A DNA stretch of 64,000 nucleotides from Camelus dromedarius. Taxonomy: Eukaryota. The DNA lies in the NCBI RefSeq assembly GCF_036321535.1, contig NC_087436.1, positions 77,750,001 to 77,814,000 of the forward strand. The letters run 5' to 3'. Positions 61,233 through 64,000 of the stretch are shown here, one piece after another. Numbering within the stretch: position 1 is the stretch's first letter; each line of letters begins with the position of its first letter. A program made the position numbers and the translations under genes. The notes beneath the pieces are model-generated. The model was not told the DNA's origin, did no database searches, and saw nothing but the letters and a program-made list of their open reading frames with translations.

Positions 61233-63462
61233 TAGGGCTTGTACTTACCTTGTTAAGGGCCCTAGAAACAACTCTGAAGGAGGCAAAGCGAATTTGTTTT
61301 TGTTTTGCTTTGCCTGTGTTGTTAGGGGGGTTTGTTTGTTGTTTTGGAAACACTGATCTCAGCATCTCCTTACTGTTTCAGGACTTCCTTATCTAAAGTC
61401 TAAAGTCTCCTGATTCTTCATAATAAGAGTCCTGGTCATTTTCTAACCAATGCTGTTTAAATGTTTACATGCCTCCTCCCCCTGTACACATTTATTTGTC
61501 TTTGTAGTTTTCAAAGAATCTAGCACTCTGATTTGTGTACAGGTTATCTCATATATATATGTATATGTGGTTTTATATTATACTTATATTTACTGTTACA
61601 TAATGCATATACATGCATGTAAATGTGTATATATCTGCATATTTGAACATGTGCACGTATATACAGCATCTACCATGTCTTAATTCAGTTCAACAGCACA
61701 ATAATCTGACTCTGCTCACTCTGCATGAGAAAACCAAGCTATTTCTCACACCTGAGTTAGACCATACAGCCTCATAAATATGACAGAACTCTCAGTATAT
61801 CACACGTTGGAAAATATTCAGACTCTCCAAAGGTCTCATGCTATTTCTCAAACCCAATACTAAATTTAAGTCTTTCATATCCATCTGTTTTATAATATAT
61901 CTGCCCCATTTTTGAAACATTTCAGCTGTTTCACATCACGTGCCACTTAGAAATAGGAAATGATTGCAATATGTTTGTAAAAATATGATAAGCAGATATA
62001 GTCTTGTATTTCCATAGCCTTCAAAAACAAATGGTGACAACTTACCAATTCCTTGCTGAAGATACATATGTAAGCACATGTGATTTTCTCACCTACATTA
62101 ATCATCAAATCTAGTTAGTAAGAGGAGATTCTTCTGGGCTTGTGAGAGAGGGAAGTGAAGTTCTGTAATTTCAAGAAAGGAATGTAAAGCAAAACAGTTG
62201 TGATGGAGGAATGGAAAGAGTAAATAAAAACTTAAAACACTGAGGAAAATTCTTTAAGCCTCCTCCCAAATTATAACTTTTTAATAAACTGTAAGTTTAT
62301 AAGAAAAAACTGAACATAGCAATTTCCAGACATCATGCCCATGCAGTTCTTCAGGAGTCAAGGAAAGGCAGATTCTCAGACCCTTTTAAGAGTACTTCTG
62401 GATTTCAAACCCTTTCCTCAGGAAATATTTCAAGTGTTGTTGGTGGAGGAATGTTTTATTGGGTAGAGAAAGAACATGGAGGCATATTTAGGAAATAATC
62501 TAAATCTAGAATGGGGTGATATTGGTGAGAAGCTTGAGACAAACTTGATAAGACCTAGCCCTTAATTCTAGCCCAGCTTCTGCTGGGTGTGGGCTCTTTC
62601 TTACCTTCTTACCTTCCCTCTGCAGTCGCTGGTTCAGCCACCAAAAAGAAGTGGAGCTGGAAGATCTCTTAAGCTCCTTTTTCTCAGACTTGTTTCAAAA
62701 GAATCTGAGTTTGGTAGCCCATATCCCAAAACTGCCTTTGAAAAAAATCACAATTTATATGTTTGACTCAAGCAGGATGCTAAACAGTACATGCCTGTAT
62801 GTATTTGATCCAAAAAACCAATTTGACTGATTTCCTCTCTGATCACATATTGGCCAGATATTTCCCCAAACTGACTAAAACCTGTCTGTTGTTTAGTAAG
62901 TCACGTGGACACAGATTAGGGGAAGTCATCTTTGAGGGGAAGATGGCTTTAGTAAATTAGCACCTAAACAGGGATCAACAATATTCTTTTTCCTCCTAAT
63001 ATTACTGGTTTAATGACATTATTTAATTTTGACTAAACTATAAAGTAAAGGGTGTGGTGGTTTTTAATAATATGGATATTCAAAGCCAGCTTGGAATGTT
63101 ATTATTACATGATCTGTGCTCAATGAAGGAAATCGGTGTACCTGAATAGGATGGTCTATATCCTAGAGCTAATAGTAGAATTGATTTAGGGAGCTTCTGA
63201 ATTGTTAATGAGATTTTCTGACACGACAATAACAGTAGCAGTCGGGCCCCCCAGGCTGGTTTTAAACATCTGCTGTCACTGCTAAATTTATTGTTCATTT
63301 CATCTTAAAATAGGAATTATGTAGCACTCAGCTATTCCAGATATAGATCTACCACTCCTAAATGATCAGTACTGAGAGGACTATTCCATAGATTAAAAAC
63401 ATTTATATTTAACTATTCAATAAATAGATTTCAGGCTTAAGATAAATCTCAAAGATAGACCC

Positions 63463-63835
63463 TACTATGGACTGAATTCTGTCCCTCAAAAATTTGTATG
63501 TTGAAACTAACCCTCAATGATACTGCATTTGGAGACAGGACTTTTACTGAAAAAAATTAAGCTTAAGTAAGGTCATAAGGGTTGGGCCCTGATTTCATAG
63601 GATTAGTGTCCTTAGAAGAAGAGGAAGAGAGACAAGACCTCTCTTTCTCTGCTATGTGAAGACATAGCGAGAAGGCAGTTATCTGTTAGCCAGGGAGAGG
63701 AATCACCCAGAGCTGAATCAGCCTGCACCTTGATCTTGGACTTCTAGCCTCCAAAACAGTGAGAAATAGATTTCTATTGTTTTAAGCCCCCTAGTCTCTG
63801 GTATTTTGTGATGGCAGCCTGTGCTGACTAACGTG
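63463..63835 (+). mobile_element. MaLR LTR (MLT1A-like)
   Basis: 'atggactgaattctgtccctcaaaatttgtatgttgaa...ttggacttctagcctccaaaacagtgagaaatagatttct...gcagcctgtgctgactaa'. Confidence 0.88.
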
Positions 63836-64000
63836 GACACTATCATGGGTGAAGGAAATCACTGTTTTTAAGTTAGGGTAAGGGCAGAAACTTCATTAAA
63901 TAAGAGATAAACGTGTTTTTTGGTGTCTTCTCGCCATTACTGCTCACTTGTTTGTTTTTCAGAAGTGGGGTTCCCCAACATGGTCCCAGAATAGATTATT

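Noticed and set aside
11600..64000. The many 60-130 aa ORFs in the upstream region
   Set aside because: They lie in repeats or have random composition; no recognisable domains, consistent exon chain or processed pseudogene seen. Unannotated lncRNA exons cannot be excluded from sequence alone.

Overview
Mammalian genomic DNA, most likely a camelid, judged from a Vic-1-type tRNA-derived SINE at ~53 kb. The only host protein-coding sequence I can support is the first coding exon of PRKG2 (cGMP-dependent protein kinase II) on the minus strand: ATG at 1200, splice donor after 740, gene continuing off the left edge. A CpG island at ~10.2-11.2 kb is the probable promoter and non-coding exon 1. The remaining ~53 kb upstream holds no recognisable gene and is a mosaic of L1, L2, MIR, MaLR/ERV LTR and hAT remnants plus microsatellites. 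I found no convincing previously undescribed biological system. The most notable structures are retrotransposition records (two tandem 5'-inverted L1s, an L1 inside the ~36-bp target duplication of another L1, a probable short 3' transduction, nested insertions), a tandem hairpin insertion, and PRKG2 5'-end hypotheses (an in-frame upstream ATG, a candidate extra exon, Cys94). Repeat family names come from recalled consensus sequences, not a database search, and old-repeat boundaries are approximate.
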